A stretch of 45,912 nucleotides of DNA from positions 1 to 45,912 of the forward strand of contig JBDREN010000098.1 of the NCBI GenBank assembly GCA_043819795.1, written 5' to 3'. Below are positions 18,947 to 27,778 of the stretch, in pieces (the first letter of the stretch is position 1; each line of letters begins with the position of its first letter). Under the pieces are notes generated by a model that searched no databases, was not told the DNA's origin, and was given only the letters and a program-made list of their open reading frames with translations. This DNA is from Elusimicrobiota bacterium (GTDB lineage: Bacteria; Elusimicrobiota; Elusimicrobia; UBA1565). Both the position numbers and the translations under genes were made by a program.

Positions 18947-19576
18947 ATGGGCGAAACACCGCGCCGCGTCTACGTGGACTTGGACGACGTCCTCTCCCAG
19001 ACGGCGAAAGACCTCGCGCGCCTGCTCGAAGAGGAGTTCGGCAAGACCGTCCGCTACGACGACATCCGCGACTTCGACCTCGGCGTCTCCTTCGGCCTCG
19101 ATCCCGAGACGCTCGAGCGCTTCATGGCGGCCGCGCACCGGCCCGAGATCATCGGCCGCATCCCCCCCATGGAAGGCGCGGCCGAGACGCTCTCGGCCTG
19201 GAAGGCCGCCGGGCTCGAGGTCTGCGTGGTCACCGGACGCCTGCCCTCCGCCCGGGAAGCTTCCCTCGATTGGCTCGAGCGCAACGAGATTCCGTTCTCG
19301 CACCTGATGATCGCGGACAAGTACCGCCGGTACGGCCCGGACTCGGGGGCGATCCCCCTCGAGGAGATCGAGAGCATGCCTTTCCTCTTCGCCGTGGACG
19401 ACGCCCCCCCCATGATCGAGTTCCTGGCCGAGCGCATGCCCGTCCCCATCATCGTCTTCGACCGGCCCTGGAACCAAGGCTCGCCTTCGACGCCCCCGAA
19501 AGGGAAGAAAGTCATCCGCTGCCGCTCCTGGAAGGAAATCCGTCCCGCCGCCCAGTCCATCATCGACCAAAGTTGA
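18947..19576 (+). CDS. HAD-family 5'(3')-deoxyribonucleotidase-like (NT5C) protein
   Basis: VYVDLDDVL motif I, VVTGR motif II, AVDDAP, FDRPWN. Confidence 0.85.
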   Translation: MGETPRRVYVDLDDVLSQTAKDLARLLEEEFGKTVRYDDIRDFDLGVSFGLDPETLERFMAAAHRPEIIGRIPPMEGAAETLSAWKAAGLEVCVVTGRLPSAREASLDWLERNEIPFSHLMIADKYRRYGPDSGAIPLEEIESMPFLFAVDDAPPMIEFLAERMPVPIIVFDRPWNQGSPSTPPKGKKVIRCRSWKEIRPAAQSIIDQS

Positions 19577-20031
19577 CCCGGCGGCCTCCAGGGAGCTTGC
19601 CCGGCATCGTTGTGTGGCCACTATGGCCACAGCCATACACGTCAGCGCCCCATCCCATGCATAGTAAAGAAATACGGAATATTTTCACAAAAATGTGTCT
19701 GCGCCCGAAATGGGATTGCGGGGAGGAGGGGATATAGATAGCGTGGCCCATCTGGCTACAGCCAAGCTCCGAATTTTCCTCTTCCCGGATTTCAACACGC
19801 TGCCCACGCACGCCGCGACGGAACACGCGGGCCGTCCTCCGGCCGTAGGCCCGAGCCCGGTACCCACGTGACCGTATGGCCATGGCGGGAACACGCGGGA
19901 CCTGACAACCCCTTAAGCACAGGCAGCCCGACGCGATCTTGGGGCGAGGCGGAACGACCGCCGCCTTCACCGTTCGACTCGCGCCGGGCGGGCGCCACCG
20001 CACAGAAGCCGATACCAGCGCGTGATCTCGC

Positions 20032-20125
20032 CTGACTGATTTTTAAAAGCGTTGTTGTCTATACGTTTTTTCTATATCCCTGTCAGCGAGTTGTCATTGA
20101 CATGTCGGCAAACTCCCGTTATTCT
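20032..20125 (+). promoter_or_regulatory. Sigma70-type promoter with conserved upstream operator architecture (copy 1)
   Basis: TTGACA 20097-20102, 17 nt, TATTCT 20120-20125; TGTCA/TGTCA/TGTCG at 20081, 20092, 20103; inverted CTGAC at 20032. Confidence 0.75.
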
Positions 20126-20213
20126 CTGCATATAGTACGCCGTACGGCGAACATCAGCGGCTCGCCAAGAGCACGCCGCGTATCGCGCCCTCAGTCTCGA
20201 TGGAGGCTTAATC

Positions 20214-22892
20214 ATGAAAACCCGACTTCCTTTCCCGCGCATCGGCCGCACGGCGACTGTGCCCCTGGGAGCCCTTTTCGCGCTGGCCGTGGCGTTTTGC
20301 GCCCCGCCCGCCCAAGCCGCGGAATGCGGCGGCGCCGTCGCATGCGCGTGCGGTGATACGATAATGTCCGACTACACCATGAGCGCGGACCTCGACTGCT
20401 CCGCCGACGAGATTACCGCCACCAAAATGCTCACGATAGGGGCCAACGGCGTCGTCCTCGACTGCGCGGGCCACTCGATCACGGGCAAGGGCGAGGGCAT
20501 AGGCGTAGAGATCTACCAGATCACGGACGCGACCGCCCGAGACTGCCGCATCTCGGGTTTCGAATACGGAATCCGGAGCCACTATTACGCCCACCGGAAC
20601 AGACTGCTGGGCAATACGATCACCTCCGCGACGGTGGGGATTTACATCGGGAAAGGCTATCCGGGAGGCCACGTCGTCGAAGACAACGCCATCTCCAACG
20701 CCGTCACGGCCGTCCACCTGCACCAGGGCGCTCGGAACAACCAGGTCAGCCGTAATGCCATCTCCGATGTGGTCAGCGGGGTCAGAGTCGAATACGTCTC
20801 CACCGGGAATACAGTGACCTTCAACGACATCGCGACCGCGGACTACGGGATACCCCTGGTCAATCAAAGCAAGAACAACGTCGTGACGGACAACACCATC
20901 CACAACGCCCGGATCGCGGCCGTCCACGAGGACGCAACGAGCGCCCCCAACACGATTGAGAACAATACCGTCACCATGCCGCCGGCGACAGAGTGCGCCT
21001 CCGCCCAGTGCGTCAACGACGCCACCGCGGCTAGGCGCGACGTCATACTGACGGCGGACATCGCCGGGGGCGTCTACATGGGGGCCAACGGCGCGACCTT
21101 GGACTGCCGGGGCCACGCGATCACCGGCGACGGGACCGGACGCGGCGTCGACATCATCAGGATGACGCACGTATCCGTCCGGGACTGCCGCATCTCGGAC
21201 TTCGAGTACGGCGTCCGCATCCACAAAGAGTCCCACCGGGCCAGGATCACCGGCAATACGATCTCCGCGACGGGCGTGGGGGTCTATATCGGCAACGGCT
21301 GGCCGGATTCCAACGTGGTCGAGGACAACGCCATAACCGACGCCGGCACGGGCGTCGAACTGTACGCGGGTGTCCGCAACAGCCAGATCAACCGAAACAC
21401 CATCTCCAACGTAACGACCGCGATCCTGTTAGGGCTCTACTCCACGCCGAACACCTTCACCCAGAACGATATCTCGACCGCGGACTATGGGTTCCGCCTG
21501 GTCAGCCACAGCAATAACAACGTCATCACCGACAACGCCATCCATAACGCCAGGATCGCGGCCATCCACGAGGACGAGACCAGCGTTCCCAATGCGATCG
21601 AGGGCAATACCCTCACCATGCCGCCCGCAGTGGAATGCGCCTCCGCCCAGTGCGTCGACGATGCCACCGCGGCCAGACGCGACGTCATACTGACCGCGGA
21701 CATCGCCGGGGGCGTCTACATGGGGGCCAACGGCGCGACTTTGGACTGCCAGGGCCACTCAATAACGGGCGACGGGACGGGCCGAGGCGTGGACATCATC
21801 GGCAAGACGCACGTCCTCGTGCAAAACTGCCGCATCTCGAACTTCGAGTACGGCTTCCGCATCCACAAATACTCCCACTGCGCGAAAGTGCTCGGCAACA
21901 CGATCACCTCCACGCGGCTGGGGGTCTATATCGGCAACGGCTGGCCGGCGGGCAACGTCCTCGACGGCAATTCCATCTCGGGCGCGGACACGGGCATCAC
22001 CGTGGCATGGGGCGCCGTCCGGAGCGAGATCACCGGCAACGCCATCACCGATGCGGGCATCGGCATCGACGTGATCGTCTACTCGCCGGACAACATCTTC
22101 ACCGCCAACGCCATCTCGGCCGCGAGCTTCGGGATCCGCGTAAGCGGCGGCTCCGACCGCAACGAGTTCGCGGAGAACACGGTCACGGCCACCGCCCCCC
22201 AGGGCTACGGAATCTACATAACGGACTCCTCAAACAACGTGACTTACCGCAACGACTTCTCGGGACCCGCGGGCCAGGAGCACGCCTACGTCTCGGGCGG
22301 CTCAGGGAACGTGTTCGACCTGGGCCCCGAGACGGGCGGCAACTGGTGGAGCGAGTGGCCCGCGGACGGCGATCCCTCGGACGGCTCGACCCCCTACCTC
22401 TTCACGGGGGGGCGGGACGACCATCCATTCGAGCACAAGAGCGGTTGGCGGGACTCGGACGGCGACGGCGTGACAAACGACGCGGACAACTGCCCCGCGA
22501 CTTTCAACCCCGGCCAGGAGGACTTCGACGGCGACGGCGACGGGGACGCCTGCGACGCGGACGACGACGATGACGGGCTCGCGGACGCCGACGACGCCTG
22601 CCCCTTCGAGCATCCGCAAGGCCAAGACGCCAACGCCGACGGCTGCACGGACAGGCTCGGCGACGCGCCGGCGTTCGTCGAAGAGCTGGACCTGCCCGGA
22701 GGCACCGCCAACGCGCTCGGATCCAAGCTGGAGGAGGCGATCGAGAGCGCCGCGAAGGGGAACACCACGCCCGCGATCAACAAGCTCCGCGCCCTCATCA
22801 ACAGCGTGGAGGCCCAGCGCGGCAAGAAGATCTCGGAGGCCGACGCCGACGCGCTGATCGGCTTCGTGGAGAACGCTATCGGCGGGATGTAG
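20214..22892 (+). CDS. Secreted right-handed beta-helix (NosD/PbH1-like) protein with three tandem modules, TSP3 repeats and a FIMAH-like C-terminal domain
   Basis: RBS ggagg, signal peptide, many N.I..N.I/GI.I repeats, 642-bp internal duplication (20991 vs 21633), GGNWWS motif, DSDGDGV..DNCP...NPGQEDFDGDGDGDACD, helical tail ending ALINSVEAQRGKKISEADADALI. Confidence 0.88.
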   Translation: MKTRLPFPRIGRTATVPLGALFALAVAFCAPPAQAAECGGAVACACGDTIMSDYTMSADLDCSADEITATKMLTIGANGVVLDCAGHSITGKGEGIGVEIYQITDATARDCRISGFEYGIRSHYYAHRNRLLGNTITSATVGIYIGKGYPGGHVVEDNAISNAVTAVHLHQGARNNQVSRNAISDVVSGVRVEYVSTGNTVTFNDIATADYGIPLVNQSKNNVVTDNTIHNARIAAVHEDATSAPNTIENNTVTMPPATECASAQCVNDATAARRDVILTADIAGGVYMGANGATLDCRGHAITGDGTGRGVDIIRMTHVSVRDCRISDFEYGVRIHKESHRARITGNTISATGVGVYIGNGWPDSNVVEDNAITDAGTGVELYAGVRNSQINRNTISNVTTAILLGLYSTPNTFTQNDISTADYGFRLVSHSNNNVITDNAIHNARIAAIHEDETSVPNAIEGNTLTMPPAVECASAQCVDDATAARRDVILTADIAGGVYMGANGATLDCQGHSITGDGTGRGVDIIGKTHVLVQNCRISNFEYGFRIHKYSHCAKVLGNTITSTRLGVYIGNGWPAGNVLDGNSISGADTGITVAWGAVRSEITGNAITDAGIGIDVIVYSPDNIFTANAISAASFGIRVSGGSDRNEFAENTVTATAPQGYGIYITDSSNNVTYRNDFSGPAGQEHAYVSGGSGNVFDLGPETGGNWWSEWPADGDPSDGSTPYLFTGGRDDHPFEHKSGWRDSDGDGVTNDADNCPATFNPGQEDFDGDGDGDACDADDDDDGLADADDACPFEHPQGQDANADGCTDRLGDAPAFVEELDLPGGTANALGSKLEEAIESAAKGNTTPAINKLRALINSVEAQRGKKISEADADALIGFVENAIGGM

Positions 22893-22926
22893 GCGTCAGG
22901 TGTTAACTTAGTCAACACCTGACGCC
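22892..22926. repeat. Minimal GGCGTCAGG...CCTGACGCC palindrome between convergent genes
   Basis: ggcgtcaggtgtt-aacttagtc-aacacctgacgcc with 13-bp perfect arms; same termini as the element at 23-169. Confidence 0.75.
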
Positions 22927-22928
22927 GG

Positions 22929-23984
22929 CTATGGGGCGGCGCGGAAGCTGAGGATGTCGCCCTCCTCGACGATATAGTCCTTGCCCTTGAGCATGGCCCG
23001 CCCGGACTCCCGGACCTTGACGTCCCCGCCGAGCTCGACGAGGTCCCGGTACCGCATCACCTCGACGCGGATGAAGCCGCGCTCCAGGTCGGAATGGACG
23101 ACGCGGGCGGCCTGCGGGGCGGTCGAGCCCTTGCGGACCGTCCAGGCCCGGACCTCGTCGGCCCCCACGGTGAAGTAGGACATCAGACCGAGCCGGTCGT
23201 AGATGACGCGGGTCAGCTTAGCGACCGCGGGCTCGTCTATGCCGAGCTCCTCCAGGAACTCGGCGCGCTCCGCCGGATCGGCCATGTCCGCGATCTCGCA
23301 CTCGAGCTTGGCGTCGAAGAAGGCGGCGGGGACGTCGTCCCCGTAGGTCCCGGCCACGGCGTCGCGCACCGGAGATAAGTCCGCGCCCTGCGTGACGTTG
23401 ACCACGGCGACCACGGGCTTGTTCGTCAGGAAAAGGTAGCCCTGGAGGGCGCCCCGCTCGACGGCGCTAAGAGAGACGGTCCGCATGGTGGCGCCGGAGT
23501 CCAGCTCTTTGGCGAGCCGCCGCACGACCTCGAGCTCCTTCTCCTTCTCGGGAGTCCGCCGGCTCCTCATCTCGTTGGACAGGGCCTTGGCCCGCTTCTC
23601 GAGAAGGACCATGTCCGCGAAGAGCAGCTCGGACATGAAGGCGTCCATATCGCGGACCACGTCCACCGTGCCGGCCGGATGAAAGACGGACGGGTCCTCG
23701 AAAGCGCGCGCCACGCAGACCAGCCCGTCCAGGTTGCGCACCTCCTCGATCCAGGGGGCTTTCCCCTCGGTCTTCTCCACGTCGGGGAGGAGAAGAACGT
23801 CCGTGCGGGCGTAGCTCGTCTTCTCGGGCCGGTATATCCGGCTCAACTCGTCCACGCGCGGGTCCCGCACGTCGAACCGGCCCGGCAGGCCCTTCGGCGG
23901 TATGACGCCCGCCGAGACCCCCGTCATGAGCCTGAACAGAGTCTTCTTGCCGGCCCCCTGAAGTCCCAGCATCCCGATCCTCAT
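22929..23984 (-). CDS. ychF: YchF-family P-loop NTPase (divergent paralogue, DUF933/TGS C-terminus)
   Basis: VRDPRVDELSRIYRPEKTSYA, FLTNKP, LMSYFTVGADEVRAWTV, VHSDLERGFIRVEV, GKDYIVEEGDILSFR; ATG 23984 with an aggaggga RBS. Confidence 0.88.
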   Translation of the reverse strand: MRIGMLGLQGAGKKTLFRLMTGVSAGVIPPKGLPGRFDVRDPRVDELSRIYRPEKTSYARTDVLLLPDVEKTEGKAPWIEEVRNLDGLVCVARAFEDPSVFHPAGTVDVVRDMDAFMSELLFADMVLLEKRAKALSNEMRSRRTPEKEKELEVVRRLAKELDSGATMRTVSLSAVERGALQGYLFLTNKPVVAVVNVTQGADLSPVRDAVAGTYGDDVPAAFFDAKLECEIADMADPAERAEFLEELGIDEPAVAKLTRVIYDRLGLMSYFTVGADEVRAWTVRKGSTAPQAARVVHSDLERGFIRVEVMRYRDLVELGGDVKVRESGRAMLKGKDYIVEEGDILSFRAAP

Positions 23985-24047
23985 GATCCCCTCCCTCCTG
24001 GAAAGCAGTGGATTAGACTCGGTGCCAGGCACCGGTCGTTGAGTAAC

Positions 24048-24950
24048 TCAGCACCCGGCGCCGATCTTCCCGAAGAAACGCGCCCTCGCGGCCGCGCCCC
24101 AATCCTTGCGGAGCCTGCAAAACAGGACGTCCTGCCGGCCGCGGACATGCGCGGCCAAGCGGACGAGCCCGGGGAGGCGGTCCGCGCCGCGCCCGCGCTC
24201 CTCGCCGGCGACTCGCGCGACCTCATCGGCGAGCACGTGCATGTCGTGCAACTCTCCCAAGATGTCCTGCAGCTTCTTGAGCGACGCCCCGCATCGCTTC
24301 CACGCCGGCGACCGGAAGCGCAAAGGCTCGACAAGGTAGCGAAGCCTCTTGCCCGCGATGCGGGCCTGGTGCGCCCCGCGGACGTCGCGAGCCGAGCGGA
24401 TCGAGCCCAATAGCCGGCCCAGGCGAGCCGCGGCCGTCCCGGCAAGTCCGATGGCGGCCCGGGCCAAAGACGGCTCGGCCTTGCCGCGTCCGCGCGGCGT
24501 CCGAGACAAGCCCTTCCGGAGCTCCGGCTCCCATCCCCGAAAATCCATCCTGGAGCGGTACACCGAGCGCGCGTAGCTCTCGTCCCGAAAAGCCTCGATC
24601 CTGAAGCGGAGCCGCCGCACCCCCTTTCTGTGCCGGCCCGCGAAACGGCCTTCCCGCAAGCCGAGCCAGCGCGCCTGGACCTCCGCGTCCCGTCCCGGGC
24701 CCGTGAGCGAGGCCGTCTTCCTGATCTTCTTGACCAGCTTCTTGGGGACCGCCTCCCGGAGATGAGGGCGGTAGAACCGCAGGACCGCGCGCATACGCCT
24801 CAAGGACACCCTGAAGTCGTGGAGCGCCTCCTCGTCCTTGTCGTCGGCCAGGCGCTTGCACGCGCCCTTGGCCGCGTCCAGGTGGATCAAAGCGAGGCGG
24901 CGCGCCCCGGTCGAAACCGGCTCGTCGAGCGGGTCGCCGGACCGGCTCAT
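24048..24950 (-). CDS. CHAD-domain polyphosphate-binding protein
   Basis: EEALHDFRVSLRRMRA, GPGRDAEV, HQARIAGKRLRYLVE, LQDILGELHDMHV; very basic; ATGA-coupled to sixA. Confidence 0.92.
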   Translation of the reverse strand: MSRSGDPLDEPVSTGARRLALIHLDAAKGACKRLADDKDEEALHDFRVSLRRMRAVLRFYRPHLREAVPKKLVKKIRKTASLTGPGRDAEVQARWLGLREGRFAGRHRKGVRRLRFRIEAFRDESYARSVYRSRMDFRGWEPELRKGLSRTPRGRGKAEPSLARAAIGLAGTAAARLGRLLGSIRSARDVRGAHQARIAGKRLRYLVEPLRFRSPAWKRCGASLKKLQDILGELHDMHVLADEVARVAGEERGRGADRLPGLVRLAAHVRGRQDVLFCRLRKDWGAAARARFFGKIGAGC

Positions 24951-25456
24951 TCCCCGCCCAGGGCTCTCAGCTGCCGGGGCTGGAGGTGCCAGTGCAGGAC
25001 GGCGTTGCCGGCGACGACCGGCGCGGGCGCCTCGATCATGAGGCAGGCCCCCTTCTTCAATCGGATGAAAGCCGCGTTCCCGCCCGAGAGGAGACGGCAG
25101 GCCAGCCTGCCCAAAGACGGCTCGTGGCCGACCAGAGCCACCGCGGCCTCCCCCCGCAGGGAACCCAGCCACTCCAGGGCCTTGTCCTGGTCACCGGCCG
25201 GCTTGAGCGCGTCCACCTTCACCAGCCGGGCCCCGCGAAAACGGCTCCGCAGGATGATGGCGGTCTGCACGCATCGGCGATAGGGGCTGGTTGCGATCAG
25301 ATTCGGCCTGTCCGCTAGGCCGGCGAGCCCGGCCACGGCCTGGAGCATCTTGACCCGTCCGGCGGGGGTCAGGGGACGCGCGGCGTCGCTCTTGCCGGAG
25401 GCGACCCACTCTTCCGAGTTACCGGCGGGGGCGTGGCGTACGATCAGGATGCGCAT
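24947..25456 (-). CDS. sixA: SixA-type phosphohistidine phosphatase
   Basis: ILIVRHA, D.ARPLT..G, TSPYRRCVQTA, LVGHEP, LKKGA. Confidence 0.9.
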   Translation of the reverse strand: MRILIVRHAPAGNSEEWVASGKSDAARPLTPAGRVKMLQAVAGLAGLADRPNLIATSPYRRCVQTAIILRSRFRGARLVKVDALKPAGDQDKALEWLGSLRGEAAVALVGHEPSLGRLACRLLSGGNAAFIRLKKGACLMIEAPAPVVAGNAVLHWHLQPRQLRALGGE

Positions 25457-25528
25457 CGGTGTACCTTCAATAGAACGAGAAATCGTCGAGCCTTAAGGAC
25501 GGTATAAACGATATAATAGTTAAGAAGC

Positions 25529-27778
25529 ATGGCGGAGGTAAAGAAGCCGGAACCTGCCGGCTGGGACGTGGTCACGCGGCTCTTGAGCGGCCAGCAGGCG
25601 GCCGCCCCCCAGAGCGAACCCCACCTTCTCAAGTCGGAGACCCTCTTCAACCGCGACCTCACCTGGCTCGAGTTCAACGAACGGGTGCTCAGCGAGGCCG
25701 CGGACCCCACCGTCCCCGCGCTGGAGCGCCTGCGGTTCGTCACCATCGTGAGCTCGAACCTCGACGAGTTCTTCATGGTCCGGGTGGCCCAGCTCGGCGC
25801 CGTCGCGAACCGCCAGCCCGGCCACCGCTTCCCCGACGGGCTGACCGCGGCGCAGGTCTGCGCCCAGGTGCGCGAGCACGTGGTCCGGCAGAAGGCGCGC
25901 CAAGCCCGCGTGCTGCGCGACGTGCTCGAGGACCTCCGGCGCCAGGGCATCCGGGTGGACACCCGGTTCGGGCGCGTGGGCCGGCTCGACCAGCTCATCC
26001 TGGAGAGCCTGCCCAAGCTGAGCGTCAGCATCCACAGGACGACCCAGCCCCTGCCGCACCTTCCGAGCGAGCGCATCCACGTGTGCGTGGCCTTCCCCGG
26101 CGAGTACGCCATCGTCACCATCGAGGAGCGCCAGGCGAGGCTCCTGCGCGTGCCCTCCAAGCACGCGGGGCCCCACTTCGTCCTGCTGGAGCGGTGGCTG
26201 GCGGCGCGCGCCAGACGGCTCTTCCCCGGCCGCGACGTGCTGGAAGCCTTCCCGTTCAAGGTCATCCGGGAGGCGGACCTGCGCTACCGCCCGGACGCCG
26301 AGGACACGCTGGAGGAGCAGATCATGGACGCCGTGCACCGCCGCCCCAAGGCCCGGGTGGTGCGCCTGGAGGTGGACGCCCCGTCCTACTCGGAAGGCTC
26401 GCTCTCTTTGGCCACGGCCCTGAGGCTGGACTCGGGGTCTTTGTACCGCTTCAACCTGCCCCTGGACCTCCGGACCCTGGCCGTCATCTACCAGGAGTCC
26501 CGCTACCGGCCCAAGCTGCGCTATCCGCCCATCGTCCCGCAGGTCCCGCCGCCCCTGCGCCGCAAGGAGCGCATCTTCGAGACGATGCGCCAGCGGGACA
26601 TCCTGCTGCACCATCCCTACGATTCCTTCGACTCGGTCCTCCACTTCCTGCAGCGGGCCGCCGAGGACCCGGAGGTGACGCGCATCTACCATACGCTGTA
26701 CCGCACGAGCTTCCAGTCGCCGATCATGGAGGCCCTCGCGGAGGCGGCCCGGCGCGGCAAGCGCGTGTACGTGTACGTCGAGATCCGGGCGCGCTTCGAC
26801 GAGCTCAACAACCTGCGCTGGGCCCGGGAGCTGCGCAGGCACGGCGTGCGGGTGATCCGGCCCTGGGGGGACCTCAAGGTCCACAGCAAGGCCACGCAGG
26901 TCTACCGCAGGGAGGGCGACAGGGAGGTCTCCTACCTGCACCTGGGCACCGGCAACTACCACGCCACCACCGCGCGCCAGTACACGGACCTGGGGCTTCT
27001 CACCTGCGACGAGCAGCTCGGCAAGGAGGTCTCGCTCTTCTTCGGCGCGTTGATCCAGCACCAGAAGCCCTCCATCTCCTCGGAGCTCCTGTGCGCGCCG
27101 CTCAACATGCACCGCCAGATCGCGCGGCTCATCGAAGACGAAGTCGCCGTCCAGCGCGCCGGAGGGCGGGGGCACATCATCGCCAAGATGAACGCCCTCG
27201 TGGACAAGGAGATCATCGCCAAGCTCTACGAGGCGTCCTCCGCCGGCGTGAAGGTGGATCTGATCGTGCGGGGGATCTGCTGCCTGCGCCCCGGCATCCG
27301 GGGGCTGAGCGAGAACATCCGGGTCGTGAGCGTGATCGACCGCTTCCTCGAGCACAGCCGCGTCTACTACTTCCGCGCCGGAGGGAGCGACAAGCTGTAC
27401 CTGTCGAGCGCGGACTGGATGCCGCGGAACTTCTTCACGCGCTTCGAGCTCGCCTTCCCCGTCAAGGACCCGGTGCTCAAGCGCTACATCCGGGACGTGA
27501 TCCTGGCCAACAGCCTCGCCGACAACGTGCGGGCGTGGCACCTGCGCCCGGACGGGAGCTACCTGCGCCCCCCGCCGCCCCCGGCCGGCAAGGAAGTCCG
27601 GTCCCAGTTCCTTTTCGAATCCCTGGCGCAGCGGCAGTACAAGGACACCACGCTCGCGGACCGCTTCCCCGCCAAGGGCGCCCCGCCCGCGCCGCCGACC
27701 GGCCCCGGCACGGCCAAGCCTCCGGGCCCTACCCCAGCTCCTTCCCAAGGCGGTCCACCACCGTCCCGATCGCCTTGA
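25529..27778 (+). CDS. ppk1: Polyphosphate kinase 1
   Basis: FNRDLTWLEFNERVL, SSNLDEFFMVRVA, DILLHHPYDSF, EIRARFDE, KVHSK, HLGTGNY, IVRGICCLRPG, DRFLEHSR, SADWMPRN. Confidence 0.97.
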   Translation: MAEVKKPEPAGWDVVTRLLSGQQAAAPQSEPHLLKSETLFNRDLTWLEFNERVLSEAADPTVPALERLRFVTIVSSNLDEFFMVRVAQLGAVANRQPGHRFPDGLTAAQVCAQVREHVVRQKARQARVLRDVLEDLRRQGIRVDTRFGRVGRLDQLILESLPKLSVSIHRTTQPLPHLPSERIHVCVAFPGEYAIVTIEERQARLLRVPSKHAGPHFVLLERWLAARARRLFPGRDVLEAFPFKVIREADLRYRPDAEDTLEEQIMDAVHRRPKARVVRLEVDAPSYSEGSLSLATALRLDSGSLYRFNLPLDLRTLAVIYQESRYRPKLRYPPIVPQVPPPLRRKERIFETMRQRDILLHHPYDSFDSVLHFLQRAAEDPEVTRIYHTLYRTSFQSPIMEALAEAARRGKRVYVYVEIRARFDELNNLRWARELRRHGVRVIRPWGDLKVHSKATQVYRREGDREVSYLHLGTGNYHATTARQYTDLGLLTCDEQLGKEVSLFFGALIQHQKPSISSELLCAPLNMHRQIARLIEDEVAVQRAGGRGHIIAKMNALVDKEIIAKLYEASSAGVKVDLIVRGICCLRPGIRGLSENIRVVSVIDRFLEHSRVYYFRAGGSDKLYLSSADWMPRNFFTRFELAFPVKDPVLKRYIRDVILANSLADNVRAWHLRPDGSYLRPPPPPAGKEVRSQFLFESLAQRQYKDTTLADRFPAKGAPPAPPTGPGTAKPPGPTPAPSQGGPPPSRSP

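Noticed and set aside
19560..20003. 147-aa minus-strand ORF in the long intergenic region
   Set aside because: Arg/Gly-rich low-information translation, non-ATG start, no RBS or recognisable domain
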